Below, piece by piece: positions 39,519 to 52,430 of a stretch of 64,000 bases of DNA. The stretch's first letter is position 1, and every line of letters starts with the position of its first letter. A program made the position numbers and the translations under genes. A model generated the notes under the pieces. It saw only the letters and a list, made by a program, of their open reading frames with translations, had not been told where the DNA came from and made no database searches. The DNA comes from Octopus vulgaris. Taxonomy: Eukaryota. The stretch lies in the NCBI GenBank assembly GCA_951406725.2, contig OX597817.1:113336001-113400000 (forward strand), read 5' to 3'.

Positions 39519-39694
39519 AAGATTCCTAATTTGATTCCAGGCGGTGACCTGAATAATAATAATAATAATAACATTGAAAAATATCTTAGGAATGAGAACC
39601 CAGGTTCAAAATTTCCCCAAGACACCTGATGAAGGCTGGAGGGTATATCAGCCGAAACATCGTGTTAACAATAAACAGGATGAGGACAAATATC
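39516..39694 (+). mobile_element. Same SINE, copy B, partial and inverted against copy A
   Basis: Starts inside the tRNA head at CCCAAGATTCC, sharing CCC (39516-39518) with the 5' end of copy A. Confidence 0.85.
39621..39666 (+). ncRNA. Minimal type I hammerhead ribozyme motif
   Basis: GACAC-CUGAUGA-A-GGCUG[GAGGGUAUAU]CAGCC-GAAA-CA-UC-GUGUU: stem I GACAC/GUGUU, stem II GGCUG/CAGCC, core boxes intact, predicted cleavage after 39661. Confidence 0.75.
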
Positions 39695-40010
39695 AAAGCA
39701 AAGAAATATATTTCAGTAGTAATTACTGTGACATGATTACACTGGTAAATAAATATGCAAGCATTGTCGTCGTCATCATTTAACATCTTCCTTCCATGCA
39801 TGTGGATTGGATGGTTTGATAGGAGCTGGTAAATCAGAAGAATGCTCCAAGCTCTGCTGTCAGCTTTGGTGTGGTTTCTACAACTGGATGTCCTTCCTAA
39901 TGCCAAACACTTTACAGAGTGTACTGGGTGCTTTTTACATGGCACCAGTGAGGTCACCAAGGAGTAATATTGAGGGAAGTGGTTTTATGCCAAGTGATGA
40001 GAGGTTAGAG

Positions 40011-40328
40011 CAGTGGTTCTCGACCAGGGTCCATATGCCCCCTGAGGTTCAATGTAAGACTTTTGGGGGTTCATATAAGCAAAATAGTAAATTGGGAATC
40101 CACAGTTATTTATTAAGGGTCCATGAAAAAGTTTTACTTTAGGTGTATGTATTGCAAGAAACAGCTAGGTTTCTTTTTCTAACATTTTACATGGTTCAAT
40201 CTACACAAGTTTGAAAAACAAATTTAGGAATTTTGAACTAGTTTATAAACATCGACTGACTATGGGGTCCACCAGAATAGAATAGTAATCAAAAGGGTCG
40301 TTAGGCAAAAAATGACTGTGAACCAGTG
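40011..40328. mobile_element. hAT-type MITE
   Basis: CAGTGGTTCTC..GAACCAGTG with perfect 8-bp TSD GGTTAGAG; same family as 18928 and 32726. Confidence 0.88.
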
Positions 40329-41779
40329 GGTTAGAGTATGAATAGAGGGACAGAAACAGACATCTTGCAGTAAAGGAGATACATGGCTATCTCAGATGGA
40401 GAGAGAGGAAAGAAAGATGGTGAAAATATAATGGGAGATACACTCAAGTTACAGAGAAATATATATAAATGAAGTGAAAGCAAGGATTGCATAGTGTGTG
40501 GTTGTACATTTAAATCATGTTTGTGTTTAAAGCAATTTATATCAACACAATCTTGGTTGTGTAGTTAAGAAATTTGCTCCACAAGTGTGTAGCTTCAGGT
40601 TTGATTTCACTGTATGATACCTTGAATGAAGAGCTACTACAATAACCTTAGGTCAACCAACAAATTGTCAGTGAGCTTTAGTAGATGAAAAACAGTCAGA
40701 AGCTTCTTGGAGGAACCATTTCTATTATTAATGGCAAACATAATCCATCTCTTGGTTTAACACTGCCACCTGACCTTTGGTGCTTTGCAAGCATTGGGTC
40801 AGGTCTCCAATCTGAGGATAGCTTCCTTGACTAGTCTCAGAGTTCATGAAACATGCCATAGGTGTTGCTCTTTCTTCCTCTGATGAAGCTGTTTAAAAGA
40901 AAACTGTTTTTCTGAACCTGTATCACTGTTTTTTTGCTCAGTAAGGTTTACTAACTTTCTGATCAACCCACTATGCTTCTCTGTAGCTTATTTCAATAAA
41001 TGGTTTCAACAAGATTTTTAAAAAACACTATTACATACTGTAAATTTGTTTAATGTTCTTCTTGCTAAGTGATCATATCAAAGACTTACTTTAAACAACC
41101 TCATAAAAACAGTATTAGTTGAAGGCTGGTCTCCTACTTTTCAGGGTTATTGACTCATTATATCTGCTTAGGATCTATCTGTACAGTAATTAGATTGCTG
41201 TGGTTGTGGAAGTATATTTAATGAGCAGAACATTAAAAGACCAATTTATATTCAGATATCTAGTGAAGGAAAATTAATATATTGATATCTTCTGCTGTTG
41301 AGTCTTCAGTGGTATTGTTCCTTTTACAACGAATCTGAATATACTGTTTTTTTTTTTTTACTATTCCAATCATTATGTGTCTCTATTCATAATTATATTG
41401 TTTTCAAAAACCTCAAGCATATATAAATATAAGGAAATAATCTCCCAAATTTGTGGCTTTCCATATATGATCTTACTAGAATCTGTCTTTTCCTCTTTCC
41501 TGTCTCTATACACACAATACTCCAACTCATGCAAAGTATTATATTTGGAAAGAATATATGTTAACAAATCTTTCAAAACTTGCTTGACTACTAAAAGGAT
41601 TGTCATCATCACATCAAGTTCCAGTTTCAATGTCAATGAGGTGGAAACTCTTTAGTGCAGTAAAATAAGAATCATATATAAGGAAAACAATAATCTGAAT
41701 AATATACATGTTACTTTGTAGTAGAATGTGACTACAAAACATTCTTACACATTTGCTTCGTACTGCATTTCACAAAATA

Positions 41780-42295
41780 CACTGAACCACAAAAGAAACA
41801 TGAGTTGTGTGTGACCGTGAAATATGTCTTAATTTCATTATGTCAGAGATAAATTTTGATAATTCTGATAAAGTCAATTTCTTGGATGCACTTTGACCAC
41901 AGTCTGTGAGTCGTTGTCATGTGTTCTGGTAGTGAGCGGATCCAGCTCATCAAGATTATAGGGTGTGACATGTTCAATACCATGTATGCCTTCCCTGAGT
42001 ATTCAAAACAGCCATACACCGTTGGTACATGAGGCAGTTCACAAAAGCCATTGACCCCTGTGCCCACACCCTAAGGAAAGCTGCCTCCAGTTCTACATGA
42101 GTTGTCAGCCTTGGGACCACCTGGTTCAGCCATCTCTGGATTTTATCCCACAAATGTTCAATTGTATTCAAATCCAGGCTGAGAGCTGGCCACAACATGG
42201 TTCTGATGTTGTGCTGATGCAGGAAGTCCATAGTGACCCTGGCCATGTGAAAGGGAGTATTGTCCTGCTGGACACATGGCTATGGTATACAAAGA
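41780..42295 (-). mobile_element. Tc1-like transposon 3' fragment
   Basis: QQDNTPFHMAR..WPALSLDLNTIEHLWD (Tc1 DD34E C-terminus); terminus TA|CACTGAACCACAAAAGAAAC. Confidence 0.82.
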
Positions 42296-42882
42296 ACGGT
42301 ACAATCGCATACAGCTAGCTGGCATTCAATTGGCGTATCAAGTTTCAGGCATTTTGATTGGGTTTGGGTATGAAAATTCACAAAAGGGTCACTTCTATTG
42401 ATTTTTTTAATGGCTTTGCAGGGTGACTGGGGAAATGTAAAGATGTGCACAACCACCCTTGGACGGTTTTGGATGACCATAGAAAGTGCAAGCCCTCTAA
42501 CTGAAAAATTGTGGATTTGTATAAAGGACACACACACAGACAGACATTTTGCCGTTTATATATATAGAGATGTCTGGTTGTGGGGAATGTTATCTTGAAA
42601 CAGGTTGATGGTTGGTCACAGCTGTAGAAAATCTGCCTCCAAATTCCATCCAACCCATGCAAGCATGGAAAAGTGGTCATCGAAATAATGATGTTGTGTT
42701 TGTATGTGTTGCATGCATGCACACGTGTATGCATGTGAAACTTCCCCAAGAATTGTTTTATAAATTTCCTTTGTTAAATTGAAATGTTCAAACTAAGGTC
42801 AAATTTCACATAAAATGACAAATCTAAGCTAGAGGAAGATTCAACATCAAAGAAAATATTGGTTTCTTTTTATTTTTATAGT

Positions 42883-43180
42883 GGAGGTGCAGTGGCCCAG
42901 TGGTTAGGGCAGCGGACTTGCGGTCGGAGGATCGCAGTTTCGATTCCCAGACCAGGCATTGTGTGTATTTATTGAGCAAAAACACCTAAGAGCACCACGA
43001 GGCTCCAGCAGGGGGTAGTAGCGACCCCTTTTATACTCTTTTGCCACAACTTTCTCTCACCCTCTCTTCCTGCTTCTTGAATAATGCTGCAATGGACTGG
43101 CATCCCGTCCAGCTGGGGAGAATGCATACGCCACAGAAACTGGGAAACCAGGCCCATGAGCCTGGCTAGGCTTAAAAAGG
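42883..43180 (+). mobile_element. tRNA-derived SINE (family C)
   Basis: GGAGGTGCAGTGGCCCAGTGGTTAGGGCAGCGGACTTGCGGTCGGAGGATCGCAGTTTCGATTCCCAGACC head with A and B boxes, followed by a non-tRNA body. Confidence 0.78.
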
Positions 43181-43566
43181 GTAACGTTTATCGTTTTATT
43201 TTCATAAAATATGGGTGTGAGATATAATATAACCTTTGTCTGTTTACTTTTATCTCGTTACTATTTATATACTGAGTTCAAATTAACTATTCTCTTTGAT
43301 TTGCAAAAATTAACCTTGTGCCAGTTCAAAAGAAATCATTATACAAGGCTGAAAGAAAAAGCATTTTAACTGACATTTTTATTGAAACATTTTATTATTG
43401 AAATAAACCTCAACTAGAGAGGGTACAGTAAATAGAAGAAAAATAAAAAGTTATTAATTCTATGAAGCATTTTAAGGTATTTAGAATGAGTGTATATGAG
43501 TACATAAATACTTTATAATCAATATTTCCCATCGCTTTACCTGTCCTACATATCAGCCCTAATTAT

Positions 43567-44817
43567 AAGATTGTCAGATAAATTTGTTCATCTTCTTCCC
43601 CCTCTTATTTTAATCTTTATTTTTCATCACCAATTTTAACAAATCAGTCAATAGTATATCCTCCTTCATTGTTCATATTTCTTGCCAATGTTCCACTAGC
43701 TTGTCAATGCTTTGATGGCAGAAATTATCTGGTCTTCACTAGAATTCATCAGGCTGCATTTTCAGCTCCACTTTGTTGTAGAATAAAATGCCTTGCAGAT
43801 TGGTTGAAGGAGACTGTAAAAAATGATAATCTGAAGAGATTATATCAGGAGAACAGTGGATGTTGTAGAACTTCCCAACTGAGCTCTTGAATAGCATTTT
43901 TAGTCAAATTAGCAATGTGGGGACGAGTTGTGTAGAAGCAGCATGCTGTATTGCCAGTCGGGTTGTTTCAGCTGGATTGCATTGTTGAGCTGTTGTGTTT
44001 GCTGAAAGTAAAACTCTTTACTGATTGCCTTTTTCAAGTATTTTGTAGCAGACTAGCTCTTCCAAATCCTACCAAATGCAGATCATTGGCTTGAGGTGTT
44101 GCTTGCTTATCAGGACTCAGCTGTTCTTTCTTCTTCTTCGTATTGAGATAAAGGTACAATTTTTCATTGTCAGTGACAATGCAGTGTAGAAATTCCTATG
44201 TCCACAAGTAACCTTGTGTTAAGAGCAAGCAAACTGGTGGCAATAGAGGAGTACTGGAGTTTCTCTCTTTTGTTTAGAGCATGTGGTACCTATGCACTAA
44301 GTTTTGAATCTTACCTCTTGAGTGAAGGTGATGGGTAATGGTATCATGAGAGCATCCCATCTGCTAAGCCAATTCCTTTATGAATTGGCATCAATCGTCA
44401 TTGAACTGAACAGGTCAACTGGAACACAGAGAATCTGAGATCAAATTTCCCCTCCTGTAGCATCAAAAACTATTTCTGGGCAGTTCTTTCAGTTATAATG
44501 CCTTCTCTATACACAGTACAAATGTCTCAAGTAGCTTTAACAGCTTTGGAACCTTGATTGAAAGCACAAAAAAGCAAGTGCTGAAAATACTCCTTTTTGT
44601 TTTTTGTTTTTTTTTCTCCTATCTGCTTGACACTACATCATCGTATGTCTGAAAAGAGATAAAATTTATTCAAATTTCATGAATAATAACCAGAAGACCA
44701 AAAGTTGTAGAGGAAGAATAGATCTACAAAATCCCATAAAAAGCTGCAATAAAAATATTTTTTGTCTTAATTGAAGTAATGTTGTAAAGAAACAAATGAA
44801 TTTATCTGACAACCCAA
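43567..44817 (-). mobile_element. Decayed full-length mariner
   Basis: TIR remnants TTGTCAGATAAATT / AATTTATCTGACAACCCAA about 1.25 kb apart; minus-strand IVTDNEK and AIQELSWEVLQHPLFSPDIISSDYHF. Confidence 0.8.
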
Positions 44818-47347
44818 TCATCAATCATCTTGTGAAAGCTTTTGGTCTTTAAAATTTTGGTATTTTAAAACCAATATTCCTATCAAAATCTCTTACTCAT
44901 TATTGTTACAGTTATCACTAAATTAATTTTTTTTCCCTTTTATTTAGTTTAAAAAAAAAAATAATAATGAAATTATTGTATACAGTGCTCAGGTGCACCA
45001 CAAGATTAAAAGGCTTTGGATTATAAAAAAAGAAACATTGTCCCATCACTTCTGTAAAATGTTTCTACTAAATAAAGTAAAGAAAATTATTTTTTATACT
45101 ACCAATATTTGATCTATTATGTTAATCAAATTTATATTTACTTTTGATGTTGTTATTTTTATCTTGTTTCTCAAGTGTGTATATTAGTGAGTGTGCATAT
45201 AATAGTTTGTGGACGACAGAGAGCAAGAGAGAACAAGGTATTATACAAATACTGATATAAAAATTCTAAAATATGCCTGTTAGATAAAAGTCAGATTTTA
45301 TCTTAAACAGTTTGTTCACATTTTAATCTTATTTTAAGAACCCTTTTGATAAAGAATATTTTTTTATAGATCAAAGCAATACAATTCCAATTACTGTTCA
45401 ATTACTAACAAAATAGATGATAGAGATTAACTATCTAATTGGAAAGGTAGAATGATGTTGACAGTTATCTTATTAATCACTGTTCTTCTCACTGATAATA
45501 ATAATCCTGCCTTCATTCTACTGCTTCCTTTACAGTTGTGTCGGTGTTGCCTACCCTGGGCTACTGTAAGTTTTAGTTGATATACCCTGGCTAAAGTTGA
45601 TAACCCCAACCTAGCCACATCGAAGTTGCCTTTACATGCTTTCCTTTTCCTTACCCTTATAAGATGATAATAATGTTGGTGATGATAACAATGATTTCTT
45701 TTGAAGTAGGCATAAGGCCAGTTTTGCAAGAGTTACTAGAATATATGATAGAACCAACAGCAATATTACTGGGGTTTTTCTTCTTTTTTTTTTCCTCCCA
45801 AAAGGATAACAGGCAAAGTCAGCTACAACTAGATTTGAACTCAGTATTAAATTGCATTTTGCTCGGTATTAAATCTCATGATCAAATTCTGATGGGATTG
45901 AATTTATTATAACATCCCTTTAGGAAGGGGGTATTGATTTAATTGTCCATACCCTGCCCCAAAATGTGATGCCTTGTGCGAAGGTAAGAAATCATTATTA
46001 TTCAGTGGAATATTTCTGTTAGAAATCATTGTAATTAGTTCTTTATGCTCTGAATTTCAAATATTACTGAGGTCAGCTTTGCCTTTCATCCTTCCATGAG
46101 GACAATAGAGAAGGTGGGGAGGGTCAATAAGATCTGTACCAGTCAAAGTATTTGTGAGAGAGTGGTGGGGTCAAATGTTCCCTCTTCTAAAATTTCTGGC
46201 CTTGTGCCTATTGTAAGAAATCATTATTATTGTTATTCTTATTATTAAAAAGCAATTTTGCCCAATGTTTTCATCTTCCTTGCTATCTCAACCTTCTTTT
46301 TTCTCTGTTAATGCTTTCAGACATAAATCCCTTGTGTTTTGCAATTTCCAATCAGTCATAATGAAAACTCATTTCCTTTCAATTATTATTCACACTTCTT
46401 TCATTTCAAAGATCTTTCATCATTTAGGTTAAGCTTATTGCCATTCTCATTATCAAAATTTCATTTTTCCCCCCCTATTTATTTTTTAAATTATTTTCTG
46501 TCTGTGCAGCAGAATGTAGCTACATATAATTTATCTCTATTGCATTCTTGGCTTCTAACTGGATTTTCTCTGTCTGTCTCTCTCTCTCCTCTTCCTTTCT
46601 GTTTTATCGTTGCAAGAAGCAAGTTATGCTGCATGATAGAACTGTCTGGGTTATCTTGTAGACTGACTACAGTGTATTAAATGATCTCTTCCATTTATAT
46701 TGCTCCATGTTAGGAAAGAACCAAGAAATGCCAAATTTTTATTTTCAATTTCATTTTAGTAAAGTGGAAAATGAAGAACTTGTAACTATCTTGTATTTCA
46801 CTCCAAGTGATAGTTATCTAATTTAATTTGAATGCCTTCAATTTAAAAAGAAAATCTCCTCCAGCTTGTAGAACTCAGTTGGATGGAGAAATGAAATCAT
46901 TATAAAATGCATAAAAAGTACTGATATATATTTAAGGATTAACAACATTAGTAGTAGTAGTAGTTACTGTTTTAGTAAGTTGTAGCAGCAGCAAGTGCAG
47001 TCTGGCACTGTTTGCACTTCATCATTAGTATCAAATGGAAGAACTAAACCCTACAAAATGGACCAAATCAAGCCAAATCAAACAGTTTTGTATCAAATGT
47101 AAATTTCATTATTAGTTTTTTTATGGTGACCCAGTAACTTAGGTTATTAAACATTTCCATTTCATTTTTTTGTTTTTGTTCAGCTATTCATTTTATTTAG
47201 ACTTACATTAAATTTTGTATGTTTTTGCTACCTTTTTGGACATCAAAATCATCTTCAGTCATTGCTATTTTATTGTTGTTTGGTTGTCTATATACTTCTG
47301 TTTTCTTATGCTCTGACTTTGTATTTTAAACTACTTTATATTTGTAG

Positions 47348-47434
47348 AGTAAATCCACACAAATCCGAGGATTCTGTTGGAGTAACAACACTGAAATTGT
47401 CTTTGTCACAGATCAGGCAGTGGAATTCTATCAA
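47348..47434 (+). CDS. RMC1: RMC1 exon 5
   Basis: ttgtag|SKSTQIRGFCWSNNTEIVFVTDQAVEFYQ|gtatgt. Confidence 0.94.
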
Positions 47435-48390
47435 GTATGTTGAGAATTTATAATTTTTTTCTAGCATATTTTTCTGTGACTGAGGTAAGCATAGCAGCTG
47501 GCCAACTTGATAGAATGTTGGTCCACTGATGAAGAGAGTTTGTTGTAGTTGTTTAACCACCACAAGTCATCCTTGACAAAAGGTTTTCCAGCTGTGAACA
47601 GTGTCATTTTGTACACTTTGCATTACATTGTACAATATCTCTTAACTTTTTTTTTTTAAACAATAGGGTGTAGTGTAAGGTAAATGTGGATGTTATGTCT
47701 AACAAGTCTAGCAATTGTATAAAGACTCCTTCAATGGTTTCTGCTTTTGAGCACATGCTATGTCAATGACCAAATCAACAGCTGTAATGAAATTCTGTTT
47801 TTATTAATGTTAATGCAACAAAAGCCTAAAGGGTTTTGATTTTTGTCATCTTTAAACAGTCAGCTTGGACATATAGATTGTAAAATAAATACAGTCATCA
47901 ACAACTTATAGCAAGCCTATCATAACCGGAAAAATGTCTATTTTCGTCTATTAGATATTTCAATTATTTAATTTTTTTTTTTGTAGGTAGTCATTCCAAA
48001 GCAAGCTTCCACTACAATCTACCCTCTATTTTCAAAAGCTTTCATCCCTTCATCCTTTAAGTCATGTCCTCTAAGCTCTAAATGAATACCAATAGCTCAG
48101 TTGTGTAAATATGGGAAGTAGAAATCTTGCAGCTCAGATTTTAACTTCCATCCCAACTTTGCCCCACAGCATAAATACAAATGTTAGCATTGATCAGCAA
48201 GGTTGAATGAACTATTAAATAATAATGGTGTTACACTGATGTTGATGCTGCTGCTGCTGATGATGATGATGAGGATGATGATTGTAATTTTCATAAACAT
48301 AGAACATTTAATCAAACACTGTTTCTGATCTTTTTGTACTGTTAACGTTCCTCTTGAACTAAAATACTATTCAAATTTTTTTCCTTGCAG

Positions 48391-48462
48391 ATTTCTCCAG
48401 AAAAAAAATCTTTGAAATGTCTTAAAACCTTTTCTCTGTCCATCAATTGGTTTGTTTGGCTA
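48391..48462 (+). CDS. RMC1: RMC1 exon 6
   Basis: ttgcag|ISPEKKSLKCLKTFSLSINWFVWL|gtaagt. Confidence 0.92.
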
Positions 48463-49787
48463 GTAAGTTACTAATTCTATTTTGTTGTTACTGACTATTT
48501 TCATACTAAGTTACTATTTTAAATGAATTTAATTAGCCAAAGAATGTATGTACACTCACACTAATTGGAGGATGCAGATAAGTTTGCTTTGTTATTTCTT
48601 GGGGAACCCAGCATTTCTAGGCTTTTTGGCAAATCTGTTGTTACATAGGCCAGTGCTCCTATGAATACAGGAACAAACGTAAATTTATAGTCTGGATATA
48701 AAAGCTATAAGTTTCTCATTAATTTCCTTTAGATGTTCTAGTTTTCTCCAATTTTAGATACAACATCACATCAACTAGGTAGCTGACTGCTATAACAGTC
48801 CATGTACATGATTTTTATACACTGTCTCATAGAATTATAGCAAGCCTCTTTGCACCAGATTGCTGTTTTTGTTGGAATATTCCACCAGTATTCCTTATTT
48901 TTAAAGTTATGGATATATTTTGCTTCTAGTGTACCTTGGTATGACCATCAGGACTATCCTTCATACAGATAGCTTTGTAAATGATATTAACCTTGGTGTT
49001 ATGTCTCATACATTTTTGGACAGCTGCCGCCATGTGGTTGATATCTACCACACCAGCATGATCAACATTCATTTTCTATCACAACATGGAGACTCAGAGG
49101 TATCTTTATTTCTTTTATTGATGAAGTATTTAATAGCTGTGTCCTGCTCCTGGATAGAAAACCATGGAAAGGCTGCACTTAGTCAGTATTGCCATTATGT
49201 ATGTTAGGCATGTATGTCATTCTAACACTTAGAGAACTGAACTTAGCCTATATATCATGAGTGTTGCAGGAAGAACACAAGAATGTTGTGTAAGATGGTT
49301 GAAGCTTCAAGTGAAAGTAGAAAATAAAGTTAAAGTTGATGGAGAAATACTACAGGTAGACAAGGAGTAGTGAGAGATGTAATTAAACTGGCTTTATGCA
49401 CTCATTCAACAAACTACCATTAAGCGTGTGTGTGTGTGTGTGTGTTTATAAACACTTGATTCAAGCTAGGGACTATTATTGCCTGGCTAAGGCTAATTAT
49501 GATTTAGACTGGACAAAACATTAAGCTATTGTAATTATTTTGGCCAACCTTACATATGTTTGTGTGTCTTTGTGTCATTGAAATTTCCCATTTTAGTATT
49601 ATATGGCCAGTTCTTCTGATTGAAGGCTATACAGTAGGGAACACTCCTGTAAGTTGGGGTGTGAAACTGAGTGATGGGGGAAAGTTAGGGGAGCTGGTGG
49701 AGATAATTAGGAAATTGCATGATTTAAAAATTCTTGTATTTATGTCCCTTCAATCAGCTTTTTAATCTTTGTCAACTTCATTTACAG

Positions 49788-49856
49788 CCTGTAAACTGTG
49801 TATTGTTAGTGTCTTCTGGAATTGTTGGCAATACTCTGAATCCATTCCAGTTCAAG
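49788..49856 (+). CDS. RMC1: RMC1 exon 7
   Basis: ttacag|PVNCVLLVSSGIVGNTLNPFQFK|gtaagc. Confidence 0.9.
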
Positions 49857-51612
49857 GTAAGCTACTGGGCAGTTTCTACTGATCTATCAGGCAAAGTATT
49901 TTATATGTTTTGATGTGTGTGATCTTGTTTTACAGATACATTCTTTTATTTTATTAGTTTCAATCTATTTGGACTGTGACCATGCTGGGACAATGGCATC
50001 AAAGTTTTATATTTTTACTTCATTATATCAACCTCAGAACCTTTTTGTTTCTTATCTCTGTTAAATAGCTAAATCCACCATGGTGTAAAGGGACATGAAT
50101 CAAACTTGGTCTAAATACCACAAGGTATATTTAATCAAGACCAATGTGTGAGCTATCCCTCTCCAATAATATATACACACTCACACATGCTCCCTCTCAC
50201 ATATATGATGGCCTTCTGTCTACTGAATTCTATTCATAATGCATTGGATAACTCAAGGATTTAATAGAAATTACTTATCCAAGGAGCCAGTTTGGAATTG
50301 ATCTTAGAGCAACATGATTTAAAGCTTATTTTATATTATTTATTTATTTTAAAAAATAAATTCTTTAGTTTTCTATATTAGTTCAGATGGAATAGTGTGC
50401 ATTATTTCCATATGGAAACAGAACGGTTCTTAAGATTAAGTTACAGCAATACTGAGCACATTGTTATGAAGTGCAAATCTTATAGGCACTGTGTTTCATT
50501 GTTTGTCTCAGTTTGCCTAACAGGATTGACAAAATTCCACTTCTAATTCATCATTGACTACTTTTTAGTAAAAATAATTACTCCATCAAATATCATCCTA
50601 CACTTGCTAACCAAGAAAAATTGGGTGTAAAACTGCAAAGATAAATCTAAATATTATTTTATTAGTTTCAGTCACTGAACTGTAACCATCCTGGGGCACC
50701 ACCATCAAGAGTTTAGTTAACTATTTCATCTCCAGTACTTTTTTCAGGTACTTATTTTATCAAATGTGAATGACAAAAGAGTAACACTGGCTTGGGCAAG
50801 ATTTGAGCTCAGAACATAAAACTATATCAATCAGTAAGGACTCCAAAGAATTTTGTCCAACACCACTGATCCTGTTAACCCATCACCCTAAATATATATA
50901 AACTGTTGAAATGAACTTTTCGTTATTGCTAGTTGCCCAGTTAAACTCTGCTACCCGGCTCTTGATTGTCTTTAGTGGATTCCATTTTGTTGCAAGCATT
51001 GAAGCCAAGTTAGAAGATAATCCTTGGATCATGCTGCTGTTCCTCCTCTTTGTCATTGAAAATTATTTAAGGAGCACACCATTGTGATGGATTTTAGAAT
51101 TTGATCTGATAACCTTTCAATCACTAGTCTAGCATTTTAATCTTCTATTTTTATATTCCTTATTGTATTTCTTTGCTTTCTTTTGAAATTCATAATCAAG
51201 CACCTATCTATGTGGTTGCTTCACTTGCCATAATAGCAACTAATCTTCCTTAAATTACACTCTACTGACTTAAGAATATTTTAGTCCTAGAAATACTGTT
51301 TCAAAAAAAAAAAAAGAAAAAGAAACGGTGGGATGATTGCAGCTGGAATGCCTTTGAACAATTGCTTATTTGATCAAGACTGACTTAAGGCTAAGTTGCA
51401 ATCACACTTCTTTATGTATTTGCCTACCCAACTTAGCTGCAACAACCACAGAACATAACATGTGCCCACATCACAGAGGTGATTTGGTCCATGCTTCTAC
51501 AGTTGGAAATACCTCCTTACAGAGTAATTTTTATTTAAATAACTTTTATTGGAAAATAATACATTCTTTGTTTTGTTAATATCTGAACATTTTTTTTCCT
51601 TTACTTTTTCAG

Positions 51613-51716
51613 CCTAGTACTGTAAATCGTCTGCCAAAATTTGAAGTAGACCTTCCAGCCGTACCTAAACCTGCTAAACAGACTTTACTGCAGCGGGATG
51701 TGACTATGGCTTGTCT
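51613..51716 (+). CDS. RMC1: RMC1 exon 8
   Basis: tttcag|PSTVNRLPKFEVDLPAVPKPAKQTLLQRDVTMAC(L)|gtatgt; matches LPKFEIELPAAPK. Confidence 0.94.
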
Positions 51717-52329
51717 GTATGTATAATGTATACTTATCATCTCTGTAAAATATAACAATTGTTATAGTAAAGCATCACAAGCTTTTATATTCAACAGATA
51801 GATATAATTACATGCACACTGATATGTGTTTTGATGTGTCTATATAGTTGTTTCAATAATGATTTCTGAGACATAAATGTTAGTGGAATGACTGATAGGT
51901 TTTCAGACATACGCTTTGGAGAATTGTAATCGCAAATTAAGCATTAAAAAATGAAACTTCACCTCTTTCTTGAACTTAGCATAGATATTTAGAAGGCAAG
52001 ATCACACATTTTTTTGTAGTATGTATGATACATAAAATTAACATTCCAAGTAAAATATATTATTTTGTAATGTTGTAGCTGGATATCTTAGAATTTGCAG
52101 TTCTACAATGTATAAAAGGGTGTCTCTACCTAATATATATATGATCTTAAACATATGTAAAATAAAGGAATTCATATAAACATTACCTAAAGAAAACAAT
52201 TTTACATCATAAGGAAAAATCAGAACTATTTAAATCAATTTTTTCATTATATATGAAGTAATAAAGGTGTGGATAAAATTAAACTTTTCTCTAATTTTAA
52301 ATATAATTATAAATATAATTATAATTATA

Positions 52330-52390
52330 CTAGCTGAAGGTGACCCGCTCTATGCGCGGGTAAGAGTGTGGTATATATATAAATGTATAC

Positions 52391-52430
<40 letters not shown>

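Noticed and set aside
42883-42955. Candidate tRNA genes (also 2445, 26985 and 39518)
   Set aside because: Cloverleaf pairing is incomplete and each continues into a SINE body; these are SINE heads.
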